Position numbers and translations under genes: made by a program. A stretch of 64,000 bases of DNA from Antedon mediterranea (Eukaryota > Animalia > Echinodermata), in contig NC_092675.1 in assembly GCF_964355755.1 (NCBI RefSeq), positions 10,721,812 through 10,785,811 of the forward strand, read 5' to 3'. This document shows, one piece after another, positions 50,383-63,220 of the stretch (within the stretch, counting starts at the first letter, position 1; each line of letters begins with the position of its first letter). The notes beneath the pieces were generated by a model. The model was not told the DNA's origin and ran no database searches. It worked only from the letters and a program-made list of their open reading frames with translations.

Positions 50383-50554
50383 CTTCCTCTTCATTTAATT
50401 CTGCTCGAAGTTCTCTATTTTGTATCCTTAATTGTCGGATATCTTCTCTCATTTTTACATCATCCCTCACTGGTGAACGGCTTCTGACAAGTTCTTGACT
50501 AACCTCTGTAGGTGAATTACCAAAATCTATGCTGGCACCAAACTCAAATGTTCT
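50383..50554 (-). CDS. CCDC171: CCDC171 exon 2
   Basis: 172 nt, phase 0-1, open frame ...REDIRQLRIQNRELRAELNEEE. Confidence 0.78.
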
Positions 50555-51274
50555 CTATAAAAATAATCCAATTCTGATTATGTAATGTTACACAGTAGTT
50601 GTTTACACATAAAATGTATTCATATTCTGTTTATAACCTTGATTTAAAAAAAATTGAAGTATAGCTCCTGTAATAAGATTCCTTTTCATAGTGTATGTCT
50701 GAAATTAGGAAAAGTAAATAAAAATGTAGTAGATTTTATATGAACTAGCGGCATATAGTTTTTTATGATAATACAATTTTACAAGGGATAAAAACCAAAA
50801 ATATGCTGTACAATTGGTACTGTACAATTGATTCTTGTTATTGACAGATAGCCAATGATCCTTGACCATGAAAACATGGATCTGGACACCAAATTGTTTA
50901 GGTTATCATTAGTATTGGTCGAGATGCTAAAATGGAAAAATCTTCATATATAATTTGCATAAAAAGTATAGTATTAGGCCTAATAGTATATATGAGACAT
51001 TCTATGCACATGTAAATAATATTTCTGTACACTGACAACAAATGTTCTATATAATAGTGTAGTGTTGTTATGTACAATTTGCCTAATAAGTTCCCATGAT
51101 ATGGTACCGTATTGTAATATAATGATATGCATTTATAATTAAGAAATCAACCTTTGTATTATGATTCAACTAAGTTCACAAACTTGGCCCAGAAAGTCCA
51201 GAGGAGAGTTTGTCCAGATGTTTCAAAAGTATATTTGGTCCATTTAGTTCATAAAACTTAAATAAATAGTTCGA

Positions 51275-52560
51275 AACTATGAAGCACTATTAATTCAAAA
51301 GGTCATCAGTATTTTCGGACCCCCATCTCGTCTTATTTCAGATGCAGCCACCTCCCTTACAGGAAAATTATTAACACTCTTATGTAACACCATTAACATT
51401 GATAGGAAAATCATCAGCGTCCATAATCACAGTAGTTTACAAGTTAAACGTCACTGTACCGGACCTGTTAAAGGTCAACCTTAACCAATTCGGAACAGAT
51501 TGGGTTAGATTTGTATCAACAACATGTTAGTTATGCTTATAATTCTTTCTCATCCCCACATCTAGGAAACCACTCCCCTTACGAATTAGTTTTTGGCCGT
51601 CAACCTCCAAGTTTGACCTCATTAGCATTTAACCCTATTTCAGGATTGTCTCATTCCTATGAAGAATACTTTGAACACCTCAAGAAGAAATTTCAAAACA
51701 TTTCACAGACAATGCTACAATACAGCGAACACAACAAAACGTCCAAAACTCAAAAATTTCCCAACGCTTAGAAAAAAGTCCAATTTACTCAGTAGGACAA
51801 CTCGTATATTTATACAAGCCAACATCATTATCACTAACGGCAAATTCAAAGAAAATCGCCGCAGAATGGGTCGGACCATTAGTAATTCATGAAGTACTAG
51901 ACCGAACACAATACATCCTAGCAACGATTAAAGGAGAAATACTTCGCGACGTATTCAATTATAACAGACTGAAACCTTGTTTTATGAGAACACCCAAAGA
52001 ACGCCAAAATTTTACACATCTCCAAAAACTTAAACAATTGTTGAATGAACCCACTGATGATAATAATGAGAAAATCCAAAACACCATTAATGTAGTAAAT
52101 GACGAAACCAATGTTGAATTTGTCGACGAACATGATAGGACACCAGCCCAATTGCAATCTGATATCGTTACACATCCAACTAAAGTAGAACCCCTTAACT
52201 TGCAACCTTACATTGACTGTGTAGAGAACTAGCAGCCCCAGTCCAAATGAAAGAAGAACAAATAAGGAACAAACTAATTTAATCATGACAGCACCTAATG
52301 ATTCAAATATGACATTAAACCGAGGTAGATTTAAAGCAGGACATTTCCAAGTTTTAGTTTCGTATTCTAAACCGTCTTCAGCCAAACGTAACACTGATAA
52401 TACAAAACACGAACCTAATGATCGCAAATTTTGGTGGAATATTGACAGATATAACGATACAGATAAATTGATTAAAGAGATTATTAATAATAAACAGATA
52501 CCGATAAGTGGATCGCCAAAACGATTCATAAAACGTTTGTATAATGCAACAAATTACTGA
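51275..52560 (+). pseudogene. Decayed Ty3/Gypsy integrase (core plus GPY/F region)
   Basis: FGPPSRLISD...LQVKRH (catalytic Glu apparently mutated to Lys), YAYNS...SPYELVFGRQP, WVGPLVIHEV...NRLKPC; frameshifts and stops. Confidence 0.85.
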
Positions 52561-53662
52561 TTTAATTTTTTTTGCAAGATTTTTTTTTAAATTACGACAT
52601 TTGCTAAATTAATGATAGCATAGTCTATGTATTTGAGGAGATTTGTTTAGTAATGATGTGATTTCAGTTAAAAGAGAATTGAATTTATGTTTAAGTATTG
52701 ATTTTGTAACGAGTTTTTTTTTATAAAGATTAATTTTTAATTTTGATGATCGATATATTGCGATATTGAAAATATTTTGTTTAAACCGTTGAGTCGTTAA
52801 TCTCAAGCATTAATTAATTTATATACAAGAACAGGAGATTTTCTTAGTACTTTTAATTGTAAAAAAAGTCTAATTTGTCGATTGAAATCGTAATTACCTG
52901 TGAATATAAATGCTTGAATCGATAAAGTTGTGATGATGATAATGATATATTGTGGATAAGTTTGTGTCAACGAGACACACACACATTTGTTTCTTTTAAG
53001 TTTTAAGTGATTAAGTTTGATATTTTGAGTCAATTATTGATTTTAGGCTAATCAGGCACAGTTTCTTAAGTTTTACGTTTTGATTTGATTGATTTATGTT
53101 TGAAGGCCATTAGAACGCGATAAGTTGTCGGACGATTTGATGTATGTTCAATGTAACATACTATTTTTAAGTTTTGTATTTTTATTTTTTAACCGATTTT
53201 TGTTTGATTTACGCGAATCCCATTATTATAGCTTAGATTAACGACAGTCGACTTCGTGACCGATGTTCTTTAGGGAAACCCCACCGTTGTGATGTCTTTA
53301 TTTCGGTAATCCGAGTGTAGCACGCCTCCAAAACAACGGACCCACAATTACGTCGATCTTGAACAACATATTCGTTTTTTATACATTTTTTTATCCAATT
53401 TTTTTTAATGAAATCTTGAATTTTATACAAAATTCGCTTTTTAATTTTAACATTTTTTTGAGAGAAGAGAGAGAGTGAAAGTGATAAGGTTACACTTCAG
53501 AGTCAATGGTTTTGGCTAACTCAATTTTGCTTATATGTATAATAATGTTTTTTTCTTTTATATAACTTTAATTTTGCATGCCACTATTCCTAACCGTTCC
53601 CATCGTAAAACAATTAGATATTGACAGTTTTTAGCAGAGATTTGACAGGGCCAATTCATCAT

Positions 53663-53993
53663 TGTAACCTCCCCAGATAAGATCAATCACTCCCACTTAA
53701 ACACCCCTGGATTAACTTAGGACCAATCATTAGCTCCATAAATGATGTAATTGACATTGCTAATGAACTGAGCCAATATACCCCCAAGTTTCAGAAGGGC
53801 CCAGACACACCTCACAGCCACTTCTCCAGAAGCAGACCTACACACCTCACCGACAGCATCACTGTATCCTCTGTTCCTGTTTCTCGTTGTATTGTATTGT
53901 ATTGAGTATATAACGTATTATTGAATAAACAATATATGTGTTACTACAGTCAAGCGAGTAGAGTCTTCATTACAAGTCAGAAACCTCATAACA
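53663..53993 (+). mobile_element. Probable LTR of the Gypsy remnant
   Basis: TGTAAC start, CA end (alternative end TTACA at 53974), CCAAT boxes, AATAAA at ~53924; no partner LTR in the window. Confidence 0.5.
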
Positions 53994-54003
53994 CTATATT
54001 ACA

Positions 54004-54815
54004 GTGTATAAGACGCACCCCCTAACTGAGAGTAAAATATCGGTATTTTTTATATCGTCAATGTATAATACACACTTTATATTTCATCAAAACTATTTCA
54101 TTAAATTGTAATCAATATTATTGTGATAATATATTTTGTTATATCTACAACGGAGTCTTTATTTAGGTTTTTTCTTACCTAGACTCGGTCGCGCCCAGCC
54201 TCAACAAGTTCTTTACAACTTGTTATTCATGAGTTTCGCACCCGCAACATCGAGTGCATGACCGTGTGTATAACACGCATGTGTGTGGGTTAGCCTCGCT
54301 TGATCATTTCGAGAGGGCGCACGTTTTCACGGACAATTGTATTCGATTAGTATCTATGTATCCGAGAAGTGTATACGCTAGGTCCATGCTATAATCAACT
54401 GGAGAATATACTAGTCGAATACCGTACACCACGTGGCCGCCAAGAAGGGCTTGCACTGGGGGTACGGCGGTCAGCGATCGTGCGTATAACTATAAATAAA
54501 TACATTCCAATCGTAAACGTTTACAAATGAAATTTTATCGGAGCGCCTAAAACAGCTCTATAATGAACAAATCTTTTCATCATATTCAGTATAACATCAC
54601 GCTATAATGCCTTGAAAACTAGGCAGAAGCAGGTTGCCGTTACGTTGTACACTGTAGCTAGCCTAGGCCTAGCCTACTCAGGCCTAGCCGCGCCAACAAG
54701 GTGACGGTATACAATCTGTGTGGTGAGGCATTTATGTTCGGTGTATAAGACGCACCCTTAATTTAGAGGTCAAATTTGCGTGTCAAAAGTGCGACTTATA
54801 CACCGAAATATACTG
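54004..54815. mobile_element. Tc1/pogo-type MITE, copy 2 (left TIR lost)
   Basis: Collinear with 40450-41287; ends 36 bp from a CCDC171 splice donor. Confidence 0.88.
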
Positions 54816-54851
54816 TATATACTGTATGTAGTGAAAACAAGATTATGTAAC

Positions 54852-54938
54852 CTTAATTTTGGATGTGCTCATTGAATCTTCTGGACTTAATATGTCCTCT
54901 GATATACTACAATTTTCTTCATTCTTGCTATCCATCAT
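54852..54938 (-). CDS. CCDC171: CCDC171 first coding exon (putative ATG)
   Basis: ttgtAG acceptor at 54948-54947, ATGATG 8 nt later, 29 codons MMDSKNEENCSISED...SKIK, GT donor in phase with exon 2. Confidence 0.6.
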
Positions 54939-55540
54939 GCAGTTCACTACAAAACAGAAAAAAAATAATATGAATGCTACAACTATATATATATTTTGAT
55001 GTATAAGTCTGCATAACTGTAGTTTTCAAGGCATTTTAGAAATATTTTATACCACAATGTAAAGATTTTTCATGGATTATGTAGAAGTTTTACTTTTTTT
55101 GGATAAATTACATATTTCCCTGTGAAAACTGCACAGACCATGGGCAATTCCACGTTAACAACGGATTTACAATTCACACTGATTTTCAACCTTTTTTAAC
55201 CAACCCACAAGTTCTGGGTAAGCTTTGAAATATAAATTTGATATGTAGTAGTACACATACTTAAAGTAGACTGTTTTAGATTGGTAACTTACCAATCTAA
55301 AACAGTCTACTTAAAAAAAAAATTACAATGTCTTGATATTCTTATTTTGGTAACAGAATTACACAGAAAATTGATAATTCAATTTTTAACTTGAAACATG
55401 AGATTTCGTCTGAATACTATAAACAACTGAAGATTATGATTGGTATTACAGTGTAGACATAAGGAATAAGATGTGGCTAATTTATTAATACAAGTTTACT
55501 TCGGATATTTTCATAATCTGCATTTGATTTAGTTTTGTTT

Positions 55541-55637
55541 GGTAACGGAATTACATGGCATGGTAACGGAATTACATGGCATGGTAACGGAATTACATGG
55601 CATGGTAACGGAATTACATGGCATGGTAACGGAATTA
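55541..55637. repeat. 21-bp minisatellite (GGTAACGGAATTACATGGCAT) x4.6
   Basis: Perfect tandem units; only two units in the opposite arm. Confidence 0.95.
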
Positions 55638-58249
55638 TGCATCTGATTATTGATTCGAATAGAACATCAAATAATAATTTTTTTTCTATGTTATTTAGTG
55701 TTCTCGTGGAACTTTGATTGATGCCTATTTAAACCAGATTTTATAAAAATCATCACATGAATTGGTTGGATCTACGGTACCTACTATAATAATTTAAAAA
55801 TGTACAAATCTGTGGTTCACAGAGCTTAGTCAATATATGCATGATCTGTCCACTGTATTTAAATAAGGCATCTACACTATAACTAGGAACAAAATGTCCC
55901 AAATTTAAAAAATTTTACAAATTGAATTGTGAAGCTTAATTTTCATTGTCATATTCAAGAGCCTGGACAAAATAGCTGTTGTATACACTGTACTACAGCC
56001 ATCATCAAACTAATCAATTATTAAATATAAGTTAAATATTCACTTCTGTCATCAGCTTCATGACTATTATTAACCTTCATCAACCTATTTTGATTCAGAT
56101 AGATCCTTAAAGTCGTGCCCGTATAGGGAATGAATTTGAATGATTTTAGCATTGATCGGAAATATAGTATGATCTACCGTATACTGTACTGCGACTCTAT
56201 ATACTATGGATTTGTTTTGGAATTGGATTCATTCATAATGGAACGCCATTAAAGCACACGAGTATCCATGCAAAGGCATTATGTTAAATTTACCGTCCGT
56301 TTTGTGTTTCAGACGTTAGAATGTTGATTGAAGCATGGAAGTGAGTTTTAGGGAATCTTTCGTTTTTTTTTTTAAATTCCGATTTGACTACTTTTTCTAT
56401 TATTTATACTAGTAGTAGTAGGCTTTATGTTATTTGAGTATGAGATTAACACAGCAACACTAACAGTACGCCTACATTACAAAAAGGAAAGTCTTTTAAT
56501 TCCAGTTTTATTTTTTAAATATAATATTTAACTTAAATTATTTAACTATTTACATTACTTTTAAAAATTAATAAACTTAACTAAAAAAGTTTAACATATT
56601 AATAGCGGATTTTTCATTACTGCGATTTCGAAAAGTGACATGTCTTTGAAGTTAAAAAATATACTATTTCTTATGTACCCATGTGAATAAAAATTACTGG
56701 AAAGACCTTGCTTAAGGGTTTATTTATATATATATTTTTTTTTTAATCGATGTTTATTAAATAATTTAATAGAAAACACGAGTTAAAAATGAGGTACAAA
56801 AGCCGGCGAGCCAAATAACTTTGGAAAACACCTACAGTACAGTACCCATTTTCAAAACACGATCGCACTGAGCTCTATAAAAGGTGGTTGAGTAATTTTT
56901 GTTGCGTGTTATCAGGCTTTAAATACTCTTTATTTTAATATGTAAGTCAGTTATTATTATATGTACATCCGCCTCAAATGTTAATTTTTACGATAAAAAT
57001 TGAATTTTTTAGTCTTTCTCATTATCAAAATCTGACTAATTTAGTATTGAATTGAGGCTAATTTATATTCTGCTGTTTGATAAACCACATTGTATGTAGT
57101 ATTAGTTTGGGTTCCAGACGGAGTTTTGTCTTAATATTAGTAAAAAGATAAATATTTTGGCACATATGGCGTTTCATACGTATACTACTTGATTTTGGAT
57201 ACTCCGTCTGGGGAAACACGCACAAGTCACGTGGTTTGACACCAAGAATTCTTGGTGCATACGATTATCCAGTTGACTAGTTTCAGCTGCATGCGATTGG
57301 CTACTCACTCGTACTCCGTTTTAATATTCATATTTCAGAATTTCAAAGACTCAACAACTAAAGATGATGCGCATGCGCTATGTTACGTTTAGACAACGTG
57401 TACTTGGGTACATTTATGAAAGTTTCTGAAGGCTGGAAATTATTTTATATATGCCTAGTAGTCTGGTAAACATTTGATGGGATTTTTCCCAAGAACATGA
57501 AAACTCGTCTTGATATGATAAGCTAGCAAATCCGCAAATCAAACATTGAATGGATCATTTATTACGCGGAGATAATTTTGATTTAATTCCCACCCAGACC
57601 CTTGTGTGCTGGTGGTGGTACAGTATGTAGGCCTACTTTATTGGCGTTTTATTTGGCAGGTCATACGTGCGAATTGAGTAGGACCTACGAAAGAGGCCTA
57701 GGCCAAGGCTAAACAATTAATAAACAAAACAACTTGGCATTACGATTTTATATTTCAACAGTCTCGATCGTACATTCAGCACTGCACGTACTCGATCTTT
57801 TTCATTTTGAAACAAAATGATCATTGGTTGATTCGAAATCCATATTTACATACCGCCCGCCCCATATAGCCAAATACGGTATGATAACCTACGTCATTCT
57901 TATCGGATGTTTGCAGTCTGCAAATCGATTTCTATACATGTTTCACAAGTCTGTATTTTCAGACAAAAATCGCGGTCAAAATAAAAACAAATAAATTTAA
58001 AAAAAAGATAATACAGGCTTGGGGCAAGTCTATATGTAGTATGTACAATATAGTAACTTTAATTTAAAAATTGCAATATAAAACAAAACGATGATCTGAT
58101 ACAGTAGGCCCTAAAGTACTACAGAAAATAAAACTTTTCAAGATTTGAAAATTACCGTTAAAAATGTACAATTTTAAAAGCAGGGCAATTCTCCATTGGA
58201 TGGAAGACCAAAATCATCATTTTTTAAATCTACATGAACCTACACTTAA

Positions 58250-59257
58250 AGGAAAGGAACACCCTGGGCTAAATGTGCCACTGTGCTTATAGATAAATGT
58301 AATAAAAACATGATTACAATGGTTCAAGGTACAATAGTAAGCAATTTAGTTAAAAAATAGACTTTTAAACGACAACATATCGGAAATTGAACAGCGCCAT
58401 TTTGACAGGTTAAGAGCAATTATGTGACGTCAGATTAGGTGGACGCATTCAAGCAAATCCAAGCGTCCATCGTCTTAGTACAGTATTTCAATATGGAAGT
58501 GCGGGATATAACCATAAATAAAATCAATTAAATAGCCTAACATACCTAATATTTTCGGAATATGGCTTGGAGTTTTTATAATTCAGAAAATTTGGAACCA
58601 GAATATACAGAAAGAGAGTTAGTTTTGCGTCGTGCTGATGAGGAAAAAAGAAGAGAAGAAGAACATTCTCGAGCATAACAAGCCGTCGAAGAATGGTGTA
58701 CTTGCGGCCAGTGTATCTGTACTGTATGCCTTACTAGGCCTAGAACTCGTGTTGAACGAAAATAAAGTAGACACTGCATCGTCAATCAACAGCCTCCGTT
58801 TGGAAGGTTTGCCAGTTAATTCCCCTACCAAACCCGTTTGAAACAGCTAGGCAATAAAAGTAACAATAGATTAACAATAGCTGAAAGATTTACGAATTGG
58901 CTTGCAGAAGAAAAAATCGATCGAAGGTTTGTTTACCAAGCCAGCGCATGCTCATACCGTGTCATCGCCGGCCTGCATGACTGCATGTCGCGTTATTAGC
59001 CAATCATATTAGCGGATTCGCTTAGCCAATAGAAGCGCCAAATGCAACCGCGAATCTTAAAATTTTCGTCGCCCGTATCTGACGTCACAAACAGGCTGCC
59101 ATGAGCACAAGATGGCGATTTTCAAATGTCTTGAAAACAGCTTTAAAATCCTTACTAGAAAACTACAAATCTGATTTAAACATAAATTGTTCTGAATATT
59201 AAGTTGGTAGGGTTACTTTTATAATAGTTAGGTAAGATATTAGGGTGTTCCTTTCCT
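58250..59257 (-). mobile_element. Kolobok-like non-autonomous element with THAP-domain remnant
   Basis: TTAA TSD, perfect 16-bp TIR AGGAAAGGAACACCCT; minus-strand RRLLIDDAVSTLF resembles the THAP AVPTIF box. Confidence 0.8.
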
Positions 59258-59713
59258 TTAAGTGTTATTTTTTGTTTACTTTATGTGTGGAATTTAGTTC
59301 CAACTGAAATTTTTGTTTTATTAATTCACATTTCTTCAAAAATTGCTTGCCTTGTCGAATGTGTAATTTAAAATTTGAAACTGAAAAAATAGCTGGAATT
59401 AGACAATCCTGAACTATGTACTTAACTCAACCCTTGTTGACTTTAATTATTTGAGTTCATGGTATCTAGAACACTAATATTAATATAAAGTTTCATGTCG
59501 CATCTCCCACTTTCTATAAGAAATTATTCATTTTCTAGTAAATTGGTTTGTAATTCCGTTACCAAAAAATTGATAAAGTTTTCCTGTAAGCTAACCAATG
59601 CTTATAAACTTGAGTTACTTTAAATTCTCTTATTAGGTATGCCCATTTACCTATATCAATTACACATTTTGTTTAGTTTCTCTAGTTTTGTAGAAAACTT
59701 GGTAACAGAATTA

Positions 59714-60572
59714 CCGTATATTTCGGTGTATAAGTCGCACCTGTGTATAAGACGCGCCCCCTAACTGAGACTGAGAGTAAAATATCGGTATTTTTTATAT
59801 CGTCGATGTATAAGACGCACCTTATATTTCATCAAAACAATGTTTTTTTAAATTGTAATCAATATTAATTATTGTAATAATATATTTTGTTATATCTACA
59901 ACGGCGTCCTTTATTTAGGTTTTTTCTTACCTAGGCTCGGCCGCGCCCAGCCTCAACAAGTTCTTTCTAACTTGTTATTCATGAGTTTCGCCGCAACATT
60001 GAGTGCATGACCATGTGTGTAACACGATGTACGTGTGTGGGCTAGCAGCCTCGCTCGATCATTTCGAGAGGGCGCACGTTTTAACGGACAATCGTATTCG
60101 ATTAGTATCTATGTATCCGAGAAGTGTGTACGCTAGGTCCATGCTATAATCACCTGGAGAATATACTAGTCGAATACCGTACACCGTGTGGCCACCAAAA
60201 GAAGGGCTTGCGCTGGGGGTACGGCGATCGTGCGTATAACTACTGTATAAATAAATACTATTCCAATCGTACATGTAAACGTTTACAAATGAAATTTTAT
60301 CGGAGCGCCATAATGAACAAATCTTTTCATCATATTTAGTATAACATCATGCTAAAATGACTTGAAAACTAGGCAGAAGCAGGTTGCCGTTACGTTAGTT
60401 AGTTACTGTAGCTAGGCCTAGCCTACTCAGGCCTAGCAAACGAGGTGACGATAGCCTAGGCCTATGTACAATCTGTGTGGTGAGGCATTTATGTTCGGTG
60501 TATAAGACGCACCCTTAATTTAGAGGTCAAATTTGCGTGTCAAACGTGCGACTTATACACCGAAATATACGG
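59714..60572. mobile_element. Tc1/pogo-type MITE, copy 3
   Basis: Intact TIRs CCGTATATTTCGGTGTATAAGTCGCAC, TA TSD; splits a GGTAACAGAATTA|CAT host motif. Confidence 0.92.
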
Positions 60573-62669
60573 TACATTTGGTAACGGAATTACATGGGGG
60601 TATAGGTATAAAGTAATGGATCTTAATTCACTATAAATGTCTCTGTAATCATATAAAATTGGTTTTAAGTGAAGGGAATCAACAATTAATTGATTATTTA
60701 TAATAAATCCAATTCCTAGTGGCCAAAACTGTTCCATGGAATCACTTATAGTAGAAATTTAATATTTTGTACACAAAATCACTTAAAACGTTTATAAAAC
60801 ATACTTCCTATGAGCTAACCAATGCTTATAAAAACTTAAATTAATTTATATTATTTCTAATACTAGGCATGCTCAAACCAATATCATTATCAGTAACCAG
60901 TTATGTCTGCTCTAGTTTTTTTTAGAAAGCCTGGGTAACATAATTAAATTTTGGTATAACATAACATAGTATTACATGGTAACGGAATTACATTGGGTTA
61001 TGTATAAAGTATTATACCTTAATTCATTACATATGTCTTAGTACTGTATAAATTGTTTCTAAATGAAGCTAATCAACAATTAATTCATAAATATTAATGA
61101 ATCCAATTCCAAAACAAATCCATAGTACTATATAGAGTCATAGTACAGTATACAGTAGATACTATACTATATTTCCGATCGATGCTAAAATCATTCAAAT
61201 TTATTCCTTATACGGGCACCACTTTGAAGGATCTATCTGAACCAAAGTAGGTTGATGAAGGTTAATACTAATAGTCATAAAGCTGATGACAGTAGTGAAT
61301 AAACTTATATTTAATAATGATTAGTTTGGTGATGGCTGTAGTACAGTGTATACAACAGCTAGTTAGACTTCAATAGTAATACGGACGATCTAAGCTTAAA
61401 ATGGGTAGTTTTAGACACAATTTTAGCCAGGCTCTTGAATATTACAATGAAAATTAAGCTTCACAATTCAATTTGTTAAAATTTTTAAACTTGGAACATT
61501 TTGTTTCTAAATTCTAGTTATAGTGTAGAAGACTTAAATATAGTGGACAGATCATGCATATATTGACTAAGCTCTGTGAACCATAGATAGGCGCATTTTT
61601 TAAATATTATAGTAGGTATCCAACCAATTCATGTGATGATTTTTTATAAAATCTGGTTTAAATGGGCATCAATCATTGTTAAAGTTCCATGAGAACACTA
61701 AAAAACATAGAAAAAATTATTATTTGATGTTCTATTCGAATAAATAATCAGACGTGTAATTCCGTTACCATGTCATGTAATTCCGTTACCAGACAAAACT
61801 AACCAAATGCAGATAAACTATGAAAATATCCGAAGTAAACTTGTATAATAAATTAGCCACATCTTATGTCTACACTCCAATACCAATCATAATCTTCAGT
61901 TGTTTATAGTATTCAGACGGAATCGCATGTTTCAAAATTGAATTACCAATTTTCTGTGTAATTCCGTTACCAAAATAAAAGTTACCAGAATATCAAGACT
62001 TTGTAATTTTTTTTTTAAGTGGACTGTTTTATATTGATAAGTATGTGTACTACACACACGTATCAAATTTATTATTCAAAGCTTACCCAGATCTGGTGGG
62101 TTAGTTAAAAAAGGCCGAAAATCATTGTGAATTCCGTTACCGTGGAATTGCCCAGCAAATAATAATAAATTCAGTGTGTGTGACAGTGTATCAATACTAA
62201 GTGGTACATTGTTTGGCGGTTTTGGCACTCCATAGATATTGTTTGTATGTGGCCAATTGCAAAGTTGCCCACGGTTTTATTTCGGTATGAAGCGCCGTCG
62301 CTAGTACGCTGTTTTAATCATATTAGGTTTGATATCAATCGCGTTGTTACTTTGGTTGCGTTAAATGTAGTATACATTATAATGTTTATCCTTAATACAT
62401 ACATAATTTGTGTTTTCCTTTTTATTTTACAGGTTTTAATGGAGTAATGTGCTTTTTGAAAATCAATTTTAAAAAATAGTTCCTTGTTTTGAAAGTTTCT
62501 AAAAAGAAACTGATTTTCGAAAATTTTTAATTTAATATGATTTTAAAATTAGTTACCAAAGCCACAATTACAAATCTTTCTTCAACCTACAAGTGGATAC
62601 CAGCTCATTTTTTAGGATAATATAATAAATGTATTAACGTGATATAGTAGGCCTATATTACTAATAATA

Positions 62670-63220
62670 GTAAACTGAATGTTTATTAAAGACACAGACG
62701 TAGCCTAAGGTCTCTATAAAATTTCACATATAAATAATTATGTACCTGTACTTTTAACTGACATATGCCAAATAATATTATAATGCAGAGTAACTACGGG
62801 GTTTCTTCGCTGATGAGCTAGAGCATAGTTTAGGCTGAACAGTGAAGTAATTACGTTATAAATAAAATAAATAAACCAAATTAATATCCTCATATCGGGT
62901 GTTTATTTAATTTTAAATTAAACAAGTCAGACGGACGTACAACGAATACACACATGCACATCATTATTTTTACGACATATTTGGTGATATGATGCAATTT
63001 TATAATGGATAATGATGGGATTGCCTTTCCGGGCTTATATATCAAATGTTCATTGTAATAATAATAAACTGAATGTTTATTAATAAAAATTGTTTTACAT
63101 AGTTTAAAGACACAGACGTAGCCTCTCTATAAAATTTCACATTTAAATAATTATGTACCTGTACTTTTAAATGACATATGCCGAAAAATATTTTTATAAT
63201 GCAGAGTAATTACGGGGTTA
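62670..63220. repeat. Dispersed direct repeat, ~130-150 bp x2
   Basis: 62670-62800 matches 63065-63220 (TAAACTGAATGTTTATTAA...GCAGAGTAA.TACGGGG). Confidence 0.75.

Larger units (their letters stand above)
55142..62153. mobile_element. Large foldback-like structure with ~1.1 kb inverted arms
   Basis: 55142-56233 is the diverged reverse complement of 61096-62153; termini GGGCAATTCCAC; dispersed GGTAACGGAATTAC motif; no TSD seen. Confidence 0.7.

Noticed and set aside
51918-52529. 203-aa minus-strand ORF, the longest in the track
   Set aside because: Antisense shadow of the decayed Gypsy pol frame; no recognisable motifs
55535-55717. ORF with (GNGITWH)n repeats, or a CRISPR-like array
   Set aside because: It is the translation of a 21-bp minisatellite; there are no spacers and no cas genes, and the context is eukaryotic
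56313-56340. Plus-strand micro-exon (tttcAG...ATGGAA|GTGAGT)
   Set aside because: Good splice signals, but no in-frame partner exon could be identified; unsupported without transcripts
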